A stretch of 64,000 nt of DNA from positions 12,524,001-12,588,000 of the forward strand of contig OZ059898.1 in NCBI GenBank assembly GCA_964057225.1. Reading direction: 5' to 3'. The first letter of the stretch is position 1. Each line of letters begins with the position of its first letter. The translations under genes were made by a program, and so were the position numbers. A model generated the notes under the pieces. That model ran no database searches and was not told where the DNA came from. It saw nothing but the letters and a program-made list of their open reading frames with translations. Shown in pieces: positions 27,570 to 43,726 of this stretch. This stretch comes from Auanema rhodensis. Taxonomy: Eukaryota > Animalia > Nematoda.

Positions 27570-28999
27570 ATGTCGTCCATCCTTCCGGTTTTTGTACTGG
27601 GACGTAAGTTAGCCAAAGGTATGTTTTACTTTAATACTTACAGTTTTGCTAGCCATTGTTTTATAGAAAATATTTTTTTATTTGATATTCTATATTGATA
27701 GGATATGATTTGTTTGCTACATCTCCAATATCTTCTATATCTAGCATGTTCAATTTTTATCAGAAAATAGAAAGTTTCTGTTCAAATAAAGAATGCAGTG
27801 TTTTGCTTTTGAACACAATAGAATGTTATGTGACTCATTCAAATTGTAAAAATGAAATTTTCATTCAAACTTCATCAAAATTCTCATTTTTCCTAAATTC
27901 ATTATGTGTTTTAACTTATTTGAAAAAGGAAAAATTCTACAAAAATTCGCTAATAAACAGCTCATTCTAAGAATTTTTTTCAGAAGCGGATGGAATGTCG
28001 TATTCTGGTCATCAAATGAATAGTTCAGGATATACACCCTCCTATTCAACTCATAATACTGGAGCTGATTATATGGCCAGAAGAGGATGGGATAACACTG
28101 ATCGACATAACGATTCTAATAGTATAAGTTTTAGTGGAAAGCGAACGTAATTATTCAGAATCGTCTTCGAAATCATTCACAAAAACAATTTTTTTCTTTT
28201 CAGAAGCAAGCGAATTGTCATTTTTCTAATTATTCTTCTGTGTATTCTGTTATTGGCTGCTGTTGTCATCATTATTCTCTTTGCTACTGGAGGTGGGACT
28301 ACTAACCTTGATATTCACTTTTAATTCATTTCAAAAATTAAAATTATAGTTATATCCTCAAATGCTGAGGAATTAGTAGCTACTTCAACAACTTATCGGC
28401 CAACTTTCTATCCACCAACTCGACCACCACAACCACCAATTAATCCACAGCCAACGGTTAATAATACTATATTTTCTATATTTTTTAAATTAAATTAAAT
28501 TGATTTTTAATTAATTTTACTTTGCATTTATTGTAGAAAAATTCAACATATGCTTGTACACTGACTATATTACGACAAGCTAATGCTGCTTACGACGTGA
28601 AAAGTTCAAATAATTTTCAAACAGCATTTCAACGTGTACGAAATGCGGTAATATTTTATAAATATAGTACTTAATATATTTAAAATAATATAAATTTTTC
28701 AGCTGTTGACTGTTATTTACCAATCAACTTTACAACCATTGGGTGTAACTGCATCTTTACAAGATCTTCAAAACAGGTATATCAGATGAATGAATCAAGA
28801 TGTCAAAAGAAGGTTTTAAACCAAATATTTCAGACAAGATGATTTGCAAGTTGTCTTTACCTTAGCTTTTCCTCCAACATCTCCGATCGATGCACATTCA
28901 ATATTAAATGTCTTAAGAGCAGACGTAACAAAACTACAAAATCAATTAGGAGGTAACGTGGTAATTGATTCCAACAGTATAACTGTTCTCAAAATCTAA
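27570..28999 (+). CDS. Type II single-pass membrane protein with Pro/Thr stalk and C-terminal SEA-like domain
   Basis: Seven phase-consistent exons encoding a cytoplasmic N-terminus, KRIVIFLIILLCILLLAAVVIIILFATG (TM), a PTFYPPTRPPQPP stalk and a ~110-aa domain ending VVIDSNSITVLKI*. The SEA call rests on pattern resemblance only. An alternative start at 27993 is possible. Confidence 0.75.
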
Positions 29000-29835
29000 T
29001 ATGTGAAGAGAATCATTATGACAAATTATATAAGAAAGATGTATTACATTCCTATTTCTTTCTTTCGCCTTTTTTTTAAAATTTTCTTTGAATTTTTATA
29101 TATTTGTCTTATAATTATAATTATATCGGGTACATTTTTAATATAAATAATGTTTATTTTACATTGTTTGTTTATTGTTTAAAAAAAAAGAAAGATAGAA
29201 AAAAATATAAAAGAAAGATGAAATACATATTGAGGAAAAATGACTTCTTATTTTAATTTTGCCTGCTTTTCGAACTCCATTTCGACAATCTTTTGAAATA
29301 TGGAATCCTAAAAGAAATAATTTAAAATATAACTTATATGATATAGTTAAAAAGATAACTAACTGTATATTTTTCTCCTGGCTCAACGCTTGAGCATTTA
29401 ACAATTCCAAACATTTCAAGACGACGTTTCAGTACACTTCGTAGAAATAGTTTACTTCCATTACTATAATTCTATTTGAATAAGTTTTACTTAAACGATA
29501 AAACTTGTTTAATTGTCCTTGTATATTATCTATTAATTGGATCAAATTGTCAATTTCTGAGCATAATGTTGCAGCAATTTTCTAAAATTATAAAATTCTA
29601 TAACATACTTCATTGGCACATTGTTATCACCTCTTCAGTTTTTTTCGATTTAGGCAAACTTGTATTGGAGAGTGTGTTTAATGTTACTTTCTCCTTTTCT
29701 AAAATAAAATCAGTTATCATTAATTAAAAAAAAGAAAAGAAAAAAAATTATTGTACCACTAGATGTAGTTGCTCTTTTTCCGTTAATTTTCATTTTGAAC
29801 AGAAAATAAACTAAAAAAAGGAAATATTGAGTAAC

Positions 29836-29924
29836 TCACGTAATGTCGTAGTTCACGTGAAGTAGAACACGTAAAACGTGAAAAATATAATTAATATATG
29901 TTAATGACATTGAATGATCGGTTG
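29836..29924 (+). other. Bipartite element, copy 4 (between two convergent 3' ends)
   Basis: TCACGTA, TTCACGTGAA, CACGTA, AACGTG, A/T spacer, TGAcatTGAATGATCGGTTG. Confidence 0.72.
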
Positions 29925-30179
29925 TATATAAGCAAAGAAAACAAATACGATTATAAGATGAAAAAGTGTCGTCTGAATCATCCAGAACGGACAGCGTCAT
30001 AAGTCTGCTGGAAGAGCGAATATCTGCTCACATGACAGCTCAAGGAACTACGAACTTAATGCTCTAAACCTTCGGAAGACTTAACTCATTGTATTGATTT
30101 ATTGTACACGAATATATAGTATGCATTTTTGCTGCACGTTTAATGCACTTTTAAGGTAAAGTATAACCTGAGAACAAAG

Positions 30180-34089
<3,910 letters not shown>

Positions 34090-36798
34090 ACTGATGTTGA
34101 TCCTGATAGTATAAACGATTAATGATTAAAAATCAACAAATATACACATGAAATGTACAAAAATTAAAAGTTTATATTGATCAGGATATGGAAAAGCATT
34201 TATAGTTTGAACTTTTTTTTTCGTTTCTTGTAAATTAATCCAATTCCAATAAAATACAATGAAAATGACTTAATTATATCATTTTTTTTAAGTTCTTTAT
34301 AATAAGAAAAATGATGTCATCTCCGAATAAGTATCAAATTGAAAAAGAAAGAAGAACATAGAGGATGCAGAAGACAACATGAAGAAGAAAGAGTTGAATG
34401 AGATGTTTCAACTTCAAGTATAATGATATCTATCTAACTATTTAAATAGATTTAATTTCTGAACAATCAAAAAGATAATAATAAAAGAAAAAAAAAGAAA
34501 TTAAACTTCATCATCTGAACTGAAGACTTTTTATGGATATTGTTTAGATAAAGTTATGTGAGAAATAAGGAAGAAAACGTGTTTTGGTTAGCGTTGACGG
34601 TGGTCATCAAACGCAAATTACAACAAAACAACAAAACAATATAGATTTAGATATGTATTTATATGTAGAAATACATACATATATATATATAACTATAACT
34701 ATATAATATATTAAAGATAATTAATTATTAATTATTTAATCAATATCTTATATTAGATTTCTTTTATGTTATAGAATGATGTCAGTAAGTATTGATATGT
34801 TACACAACGAATAGACAAAACGTATTTAAACCTACTACATAATATAGTATCATTACAAAGTAATTATTGAAAAGGTTTTTATTTATTTAAATATTATTTT
34901 TTTAATTTTATTTATATAAAATTATGTTATTTACATATAGTTAGCTAATAAACATCTACCTGAATATCAATATGCTAATACCTTTTCATCTATTTCTGAT
35001 TGCGGTGTCTATAGATTATTGAAAATTTCATTTTTTTTTTCAAATTTATCATTTTTTTATGAAATATGGTTAGTATAAACTTATGTTCCTTTATATGTCT
35101 CATAATATTCTACTTGTACTTATTCAATATTTTTGTTTTATTCTTTTTTTTCTTTTTAATTTTTAATCTTTTTTTTTCGCTGAATTATGGTTAAAAGATA
35201 GCTCATTTGCATATTAATATCACATGGCATACTCAATTAATCATTTTTAATTTTTGATTTTTACAGATCGGTTGCATAGATTGTGTATATCACCTATTCT
35301 TTCTCTCACTTTTTCATCAATCTATCCAGCATATCCTATATACTATACATATATATATATTAAGCTTAGTTGAACAGGTATTAATTAGAAGGATTATGTT
35401 TGATTTTTAATTTTATGGTGGGCTTGATGCTGGTGTATTAACGTTTCTACAACATACAGCTAAGCTGAGAAAAAGGCTTTTTTTTTATTTGAAAATTTCA
35501 ATCTTTCATTAGAATAGTTTGAATAGAGAAATTCGTCTTTAACACAGATGTTCGAAAAGTAAAAGAAAGTTGATCAGATGTCGCCGATTCAATACAAACA
35601 TCTGTGGCATTGTTAACGCTTTTTCTGATTACCGCCCTCTGAAAAGCTTCCATATAAGGAAATCTTGTATTTGCTATTAAAGTATTTAATTCGTCATTAA
35701 TTCATTATATATTATTAATGAATATATTATATAATTATTGATTTTCTAATTATTATAATTCATCTATTTACTATTATCAGATTGATTTCAAATATTGAAC
35801 AATGCTATTACTTGTTCTAACTTATTTTCTACTTTGTAAATATAATGTACAATAATCTGTTTAGCATATGCGATAGAGATAATTCAAAAAAACTTCAAAT
35901 TATAATTATCTTATCGGATAGGCTGAATAGATTACTGTCTACAACCTTATTATGTATTTTCATGTATTTATTTGATTTGATAACTATCATTATGTAAGTT
36001 TATATGTGTTTAATTAACATAACACTTCAATAATCATTAAATTGAATTTATAATTCAATATAGTTAGTAATAAAAACTTTTTTTTTCTCATAAAATAAAC
36101 ACAGAAATAACAACAATAGAAAATATTCTCTTATAATAATAATGATAATAATAATAAATAATAATAATAAAACATTAATTACGAACTAGTCCAGTCAGAT
36201 AGTTTATAAGAGTTTAAAAGTTTGAGATCACCCAGATAATATCCGATTCTAATATAAGAATATAATATATTCTACATGTGCTTTTGAATGGCAATCAAAT
36301 TGGTAGAGCATAGTTAGTATGGTTAGTAGATGGTTAAAGCTCTTTGAATATTTGAATAAAACATTTAAAAAGATGTTAACTATATGTATATAAGACTCAT
36401 ATGTATTGAACCTGCATTGAAAATAACGAGGATTGGAGCTGGACTGGACTGCCGATGAATAAGAAATTGATATAGTTAGTATATGAGTTATTGAGTGAAG
36501 TTTTAGAAAAGAAATGGATAGTTGTTATGGAATCTGATTATTGAAAGATGAAGATATTTGAGTGAGAAAGTAGAAGAAATAATATTTGAAAAACCCTTAA
36601 TTCATAAAATACATAATAAATAAGATTTTAGGTAACATGAAGAATGGTGTGATGTTTGAAAGTTGATATAGAATTGTTTTTGTTTAGAAATATCAGTCAT
36701 TGCCCTACATTTTGTTATTTTTTTGATATCTTTCGTTTTCCAAGAAAATATAAAGAAATGAAATAAAAGCTCATAATATACATAATGAGAAGAAAGAT

Positions 36799-37390
36799 TT
36801 ACAGATTCTGAATTGGAATTAGAAGCGGAGAATGATCATCACGACGATGCGTATGTTGTGTATGGGTAAGACAATGGCTTGTATGAGTTGATGATCGTCT
36901 GAAGATTTGCTTACGCAAACGATGATTGAGTAGTACATAGAAACACCAATTGAAAGAACAATTCACATATGGCAATACAGTTGAGAATATCTGTGCTTGA
37001 CTGTAGTAATAATTATTCTGAAAAGTAAAAAATTAATATAGTAATACTAATTATATAATATATAATAAATTATATGAATATTTAATTATATGTTCATATA
37101 ATATTTGTTTATATTTCCTTTTTTTCTCAAGTTCATTTGTATCTTTTGAATAAGCAAATGATATGAGAATCTCATATACAACCGTTCACTTGCCTTCAAA
37201 AATTAAAAAATTACTTTTCTAGTTCACATTTGCATACGGTTGGACGATAAGAGCAGGTGTTGTAGAACTATTTACGTCAATTCATACGTGAGCATTACAA
37301 AATGACGTCAAAAAGCTTTTTTTTTAACAATAAGCTAATTAGTATATTATATTATACAACAATCTTTCTATCAGCTTCTTATTAGATAGA

Positions 37391-37434
<44 letters not shown>

Positions 37435-39835
37435 AGGGAATGAAAGAAATACTAGATTTTTGCATACTTTGCATGCCTAATAAGTTCAAATAATAAAAAT
37501 ATCATCAATTATATCGTAAATTTACAAGATAGAAAAGACAAAGTAATAAAATAATTTGAAATCCGCTATTTGAAAGGAAACAATTTGAATTAATTTGGGT
37601 GGAAAAAATTAGTTTAAAAAGATTTGGAAGTTATAATAGAAGGTGGGCGAGATAAAAAAAATCATCCGGAAGCTATTATTCTATACATTTTTCTTCCTTT
37701 TTTTCAAATTCTACTCAGCAAAAAAAAATTAATTGAAATTTTTTTTATTCTAAAAATAAAATGAGATAACAAACCGAAATACCAGTAGTCCACCAACGAT
37801 TATCAATGATTGGAATAACATTAATCAGCCAGAATGGTGTCCAACAAGCAAAATGAAATGCCGTCACATAGAGTATAGATTTAGAAACCTGAAATGCATT
37901 TTATTATAAATTAAGTTTTTGGGTTAATTTTGTTTGTCAGCAGTATTGAGAAAAAAAAATTAGTTTAACAATGAAATAATGATTAAGTTAATGCAATTTG
38001 TAAGGAAAATACAAACCTTATGAACTAGCTGTGTTTTCGAATTTCCATTCATTTGAGTTAATTGATATCGTTTGCTTAACATACGTATCAATTTAACATA
38101 ACAGAATGTGACAATAACTCCAGGAATAATATAACCAAAGAAGATCATATAGAAAGTAAATAGCTCATATAGATAATCTGGCATAGGTGATACACAACTG
38201 AAAATATAAATACATTATTGAGATATATTCAAATCTAATAGAACTTGTTTTGTTTTATTTAATTATTTCAATTAGTTAAACTAATTAAGCACGTTTCCCT
38301 TGCATTCTTTCTTATCTAATAAAACTTTTCACAATAAAACTCTTCACACCTTCTCTCCCTCCTTCTCTCTCTCTCCTCTCTCTGTTCAGCTTTCTTTTTA
38401 TCTATTTTTGCTTGTCCTTTCTGCTTTTTTGAATAGTATATCTTCTGTGCAAGCCGACTAAGAGCAAAGCTATGTATTGCAGAAGACCTCATGAAACATG
38501 GAAAGATATACTTTTGCACTCGTGTTCATATTGAGGTTGACGTGCAAATTTACTTACGTTGTAACCTTTTCCTTCTTTCCCGGAAAAATACTATCATCAA
38601 TCTGTGCATATGATAGAAGTGGCAACAATAACACAAGAGCTATGACCGTAGATACATAGAATCCGTAGTTTGAACATCTTGATGCTCCATGTCGATTAGT
38701 ATCTACTGATTGACGAACGATCAGATATCGTTCAATAGCCTGAAATGAGAAAACTACTTAGTCAAGATGTTTATTGTTATTGTAGTTTGAGCACAATATA
38801 AATATATTCTCCTTGAATGTGTAGACAACAATTGATTTTTGTTGAAAAAAAAAATTTTTTCAAAACGATTTGAAACCTTTTCTCTCTTTCTTTCTCCCTT
38901 TTTCTCCCTCTTTTCCTTCTTTTCTTTATTATATAAATACAAACCATTCCCGTTAATATATGTATGGATAAGATTTTATTCATTTGATCAATACTCCAAA
39001 AAACCTTGCATAGAAACTCTCCAATAAGCCATTCGCCAAAATAAAAGAATGGTATAAGCATGAGAATCATTGTCTGAAAAATGAATTGTATTCATTTGAT
39101 TTGAATTGATAAATTAAAAATTTAAAAAATTAAAGAAAGAAAAGTAATTACCGTTACAATCAAATCTACTAAAGCCAAGAATAACACATATTTTTGTATT
39201 GGAATTCGATTGCTTGTATTCTTTCCATAGACATGAACACATTCCCGTTGAGTTCTGTAGATAATGAGAATAATTAATGATGAATCTGATGGAATGAATG
39301 TTAACAACAAACCGTAACATCCGATATATAACTGTGATGTTACCAAAAAAGCCGACAATGAATAGAAATATGAATGATATGATGAGGATAGTTATGACAA
39401 CTGGCATAGCAGAGATTCCGAGCAGAAATTCTCGCTGCTCATATCTAGAAGAAGACAGATAATAGATGAAATGGCTTTTAAGGTCAAAACAATGAATTGG
39501 GAATTGAACTTTAATACAAAAATAGTAACAAAACAAAGTTGAATTCAATACAAGTGGAATAACTTACTCAGTAACATTGTCAAGAAACGAGGACATATGG
39601 CGTTCCGATAGTTTTAGATGCAACCTACAATGAATACTCTTTCTTTTTTTTATTATTTACTATTTGTAACATGAACAATTGTTGTCAACATCAAATATAT
39701 TATGAATTATTCCGTTTGTTATTTAATTATATCATGTTTATGTTATATAAGTTATAAGAAAACTTAGTTAGTTATGTATTTTTTCATTTACCTTAGTTGT
39801 GTCTCATTTCCGATTTCCAGATATTCCGCAGGCAT
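36799..39835 (-). CDS. Class A (rhodopsin-like) GPCR, neuropeptide/somatostatin-receptor-like npr group
   Basis: TTTCAG acceptor at 39864-39859. N-terminus has NET and NVT sequons; TM1 GFFGNITV; TM2 LALVDL; WLIGEFLCK; TM3 AIERY; TM5 FFGYIIP; TM6 FHFACWTPFW; TM7 LPYVNCSFNWCFYVLLN. Confidence 0.88.
37179..37310 (-). other. Bipartite element, copy 5 (GPCR intron, sense to host)
   Basis: Reverse strand: TGACGTCA, TCACGTA, TGACGTA, spacer, TTGAAggcaagTGAACGGTTG. An extra opposed CGGTTG lies at 37237-37242. Confidence 0.65.
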
Positions 39836-41203
39836 CGCAGCGGAATTTCAGCTATTATCTGAAAAATAAGAAATAAAAAACTAAAAAGATATGTTAAAAC
39901 AAAGAAAATGATCAGAAATTAAAATACATATAAAAAACTATTATTATAATTAGTTTAATAATAAAATTTTAAAATTTGGGGGAAAAAAGATCATAAAATC
40001 AAATGGAAAATAAGAGATTTAAGTAATGTGTCGAGAATATAGCAATTGAAATAGAATAATTCAGAGAAAATAAAGATAAGCTAATAATTTATGGGAGAGG
40101 AATATAAAAAAAAAAGAAAAAATGAACGAAAGAACAGGGGAAATAAGAAAAAAATATAAAAAGAAAAAGAAAACGAGGAGCAAAGCAAAGTAAAGATGAA
40201 AATCGAAGGAAGAGAGGTAGAATTCAGGCTCAATGTTCTTCGTTTTTGGCTTATCGAATCAGTTGCTATTCGTTCTCTATCTGTTTATTCTTTTGGAGAC
40301 CAAATGAATTATGTTGCTAGATGTTTTCTGTAACTTTCTGACAACTAACACGATTATTTGACATGACCTTAATTCGTTTCAACTTTAAAATAAGATTTAC
40401 AACTTATTTAAGAAGTTCATTGCTAAGGTTTGAGCTAGTTTTTCATAATATATTTGTTACTTTTAAGAGAAGAAATGCTCTTGATGAAGTTATAAAAAAC
40501 AATGACGAATGAACACGATAACTGAAGTTCGAATAAGCTTAAGCCAATGCTATAAGCAGTGACGAGAAGTTTTATTCTATTGCTGCTAATGAAGATGACC
40601 AAAAACAACATAAAAACTGAATAAATACACATTTATATTCAAATAACTTTGAAATAGGACAGAACAAAAACATAAAATATGGGATTGTTTGAAATCATTA
40701 AAGCTGATAGTAATCTGATATCATGTGAGTAGAGTAGTTCAGATGACATTTCTAACATTAAAGAATAAAATATAACAAGAAGTAAATATAAAGATAAGAA
40801 AAACTAATTAAATTTTTGCAAAATTGGTATGTAACACTTTTTTTGAGCACGAACGAGATTCATGTTTAGAAGACGGGGGGAGGAAGCAAGAAGATGAGAA
40901 GCAAGAAAATGCGCTGGTCAGAGAAAAGCGTGGACAGCGTCCAACTGAACTGACAGCAGGTGAAAGAAAGTGGAATGTGGTTCAAAGATGGACGTAAATT
41001 TGAAAAGAGAAAACATAAAAAAAGTCTTAAGTCAATGGATATTAAGACGCTTTTTGATGTTTTTATTGGAAAGTTGTAGAAACAGCTGATCGTCGTATTC
41101 ATGGGCAATGCTTCGGACAATTATATGACTTGAGGCGAGAAAAAATTGTTTGAGAAAGTACTCAAATTCCAAAACAAAAGGGGAAATGGTAAAAGCGATT
41201 CAT

Positions 41204-41273
41204 TCACGTAAATCGTAAATTCTTGTGCTGCACACAAGTACGTTCGTTTCTTTGAAAAGAACTAAATAGGTTG
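41204..41273 (+). other. Degenerate bipartite element copy
   Basis: TCACGTA ... TACGTT ... TTTGAAaagaactaaATAGGTTG, with one mismatch in CGGTTG. Confidence 0.4.
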
Positions 41274-43457
41274 ATAACTAGAGAGAAAAAGGAAGAGAGA
41301 AAGAGAATTAGAGAAACAGAGATAGAGAGAAAGGAAGTGAGAGAATTAGTAGATATGGATAGACAACAAGTAGAGGTAAAAGGAAGAGAATGGTCATTAT
41401 AAGAGGAAGATAGTGGACACTTGGAAACATTACTCTTTTCTCACTTTCTCTCTCTCTCACTCATCTCTCTCTCTCTCCCTCCCTCTCTCTTTCTCTCTCT
41501 CTCATGGCGTGCAAGCAATTTCGCATCATTTATAAGATAAGCAGATTTCTGTTATAATTTCTTGTTAAATAGATAAGAACAGTACATCAAAACATGCTCG
41601 AAACATAATTTTTTATATGAGTTGTACGCTTCTTGTTCATTCTACTTCTATACGTTCGAAAGGAAGGACATTTCTCGAATTTCAACAACGAATTAGGTCA
41701 GCTTTCATACAAGTAAAAAGACCAAAGTTTATACTTTTTTAAATAAATTATTATTGCTTTCGGGAAGTTTAAATAAAAAAAAAAGATTTAAAGTTGAATG
41801 AAGTAGCAACAGAACTGTAGTTGTTTCATAAAAAATGTGAGAAAAGGAGGAAGAAATGGAAAAGCTATTGAGGCAGTTTCAGGGAAATTCTGCTAACCGA
41901 GTATCCATATAAACTCTTTTAGCCTAATTTAAAAAATAGAGAAACGACAAAAAGCGGAAAAAGCAGGAAAATGCTCGAATCATAGAGCTTTAGAACCTTT
42001 TTTTGAGATATTTATGTATTTTTTGTGCAGAGCAGTGTATAACTTATTGGATTTGAAGGACATGACTCAGAAAAGGAAAAAAAAAAAAGAGAGACACGAC
42101 ACAGGACGAGATATGTTGGAGAACTGAGATATTAGATGAGGCATCTTATACGTAAAAGCTTCAATGTCAGCAACAGAAGCAGTTTCCAAATGAATGAAAA
42201 GTTCAGAATGTCCAATATGATGGTCTAGCGGATTCTCGATGGACCCAGATTTGAGAATCCTATTCATTAAGTAGCCAAAAATTTCAATTATTCTAACCGG
42301 CTTCATCACAGTTTATGAGCCAATTTGACGATTTGGCTTCTTCTTTTCACCGCCCTCCGGTCAGCTGCCAAAGGGCGGTGACTCGTTTACGAAACGTTAA
42401 AGAAGACAATAACTAACTTATGATCTTTTATGGATCTAAGATGTCCGGAAACGGCTATCTGAAGCTGAAATGTTAAAAACGAAATTGAACTCAATAGGTT
42501 TCAGACACCAAAATGAAATTTGAGAAGCATATGTAGGTAGAAAGGATGAGGAGGAGGGAAACGAGCATTGAATAATTATAGAAAAGTAAACTGACCAAAT
42601 GCCCATTTCTCAAAAATCGTAAATGATATTACGAAACAAACGAAGAACAAATCCAATTTTTCAAATTTATATATTTTCTCATTGTATAGAAATAGAAATA
42701 GAAAATGTTTTTACGTTATTAATGAATCACATCACGTGCTTTTGTGGAGGATGCTCAGATTCTGATATGTCACTTCTAAACTATGTGCTTCATTCTAAGA
42801 AATAAAGAAGAAAGTGCTTGTACGGTACTTTAATTAATACAAAAAATACAAAAAATGCTGATGAAATAGGCGCTAAATAGCAAGTTTTTAATGAAAGTGT
42901 AGATGAAGAACAAGAAGGAAGGAAGAGAGAATTGGAGAAGGATTGACGTTTCTTTGAACTTAGAAGCTAATATCTCAGGAGTCTTCTGAGCTTCTCTCAT
43001 GCTTTTCAACAACAACACATGTAATGTTCAAATGAATCTCAAAATATAGGCAGAAACGAATTTAAAAAAACGCAGTGCTATGTATATTTTATCTAATTTT
43101 CATCCATTTGTTATATGAGAGATAGAGAGGGAAAAAAAGAGTTTTTGGGAGTTATATAGCTCAAATTATCATTAATGGAGATGAAACAGATTAAGACAAA
43201 CAAGGTGCGAAAACAAATGATTGAAGTTATTGACAATGACACAACTACATACATGCAAACACACTGTTTGGTCAACTGCATTATGCTCTTCTTCGTCAAT
43301 TACTATTACTACTTCTTCGTATTCTTTTTCTTCTTCTTTGCTCGTATTCTGTATCGCTCATATAAGCTCCGTCCATTAGTCTGTCTGATAAGCGTTAGTT
43401 ATGCTTTGATCTTTTGCTTTTCAAGTTATTCTTATATTCTCTATTATTGTCTTCATT

Positions 43458-43560
43458 TCACGTACTATTTTATGTTTATTCAAGGATTACGTGAGCTTTT
43501 AACTGATCTACGTATCATACGTGGAATTATTATTAGTCTAATGAACGCGTTGAACGGTTG
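43458..43560 (+). other. Bipartite element, copy 6
   Basis: TCACGTA, TACGTGA, TACGTA, TACGTG, spacer, TGAAcgcgtTGAACGGTTG. Confidence 0.72.
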
Positions 43561-43617
43561 TTCTCTTGGTTCTCATCCAATATTCATTTTAGAGTCATAG
43601 TTTCTCTTGATTTCTCT

Positions 43618-43726
<109 letters not shown>

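Noticed and set aside
38511-38560. ACGT cluster in a GPCR intron (also 49437-49465) as further element copies
   Set aside because: No convincing CGGTTG box at the expected distance.
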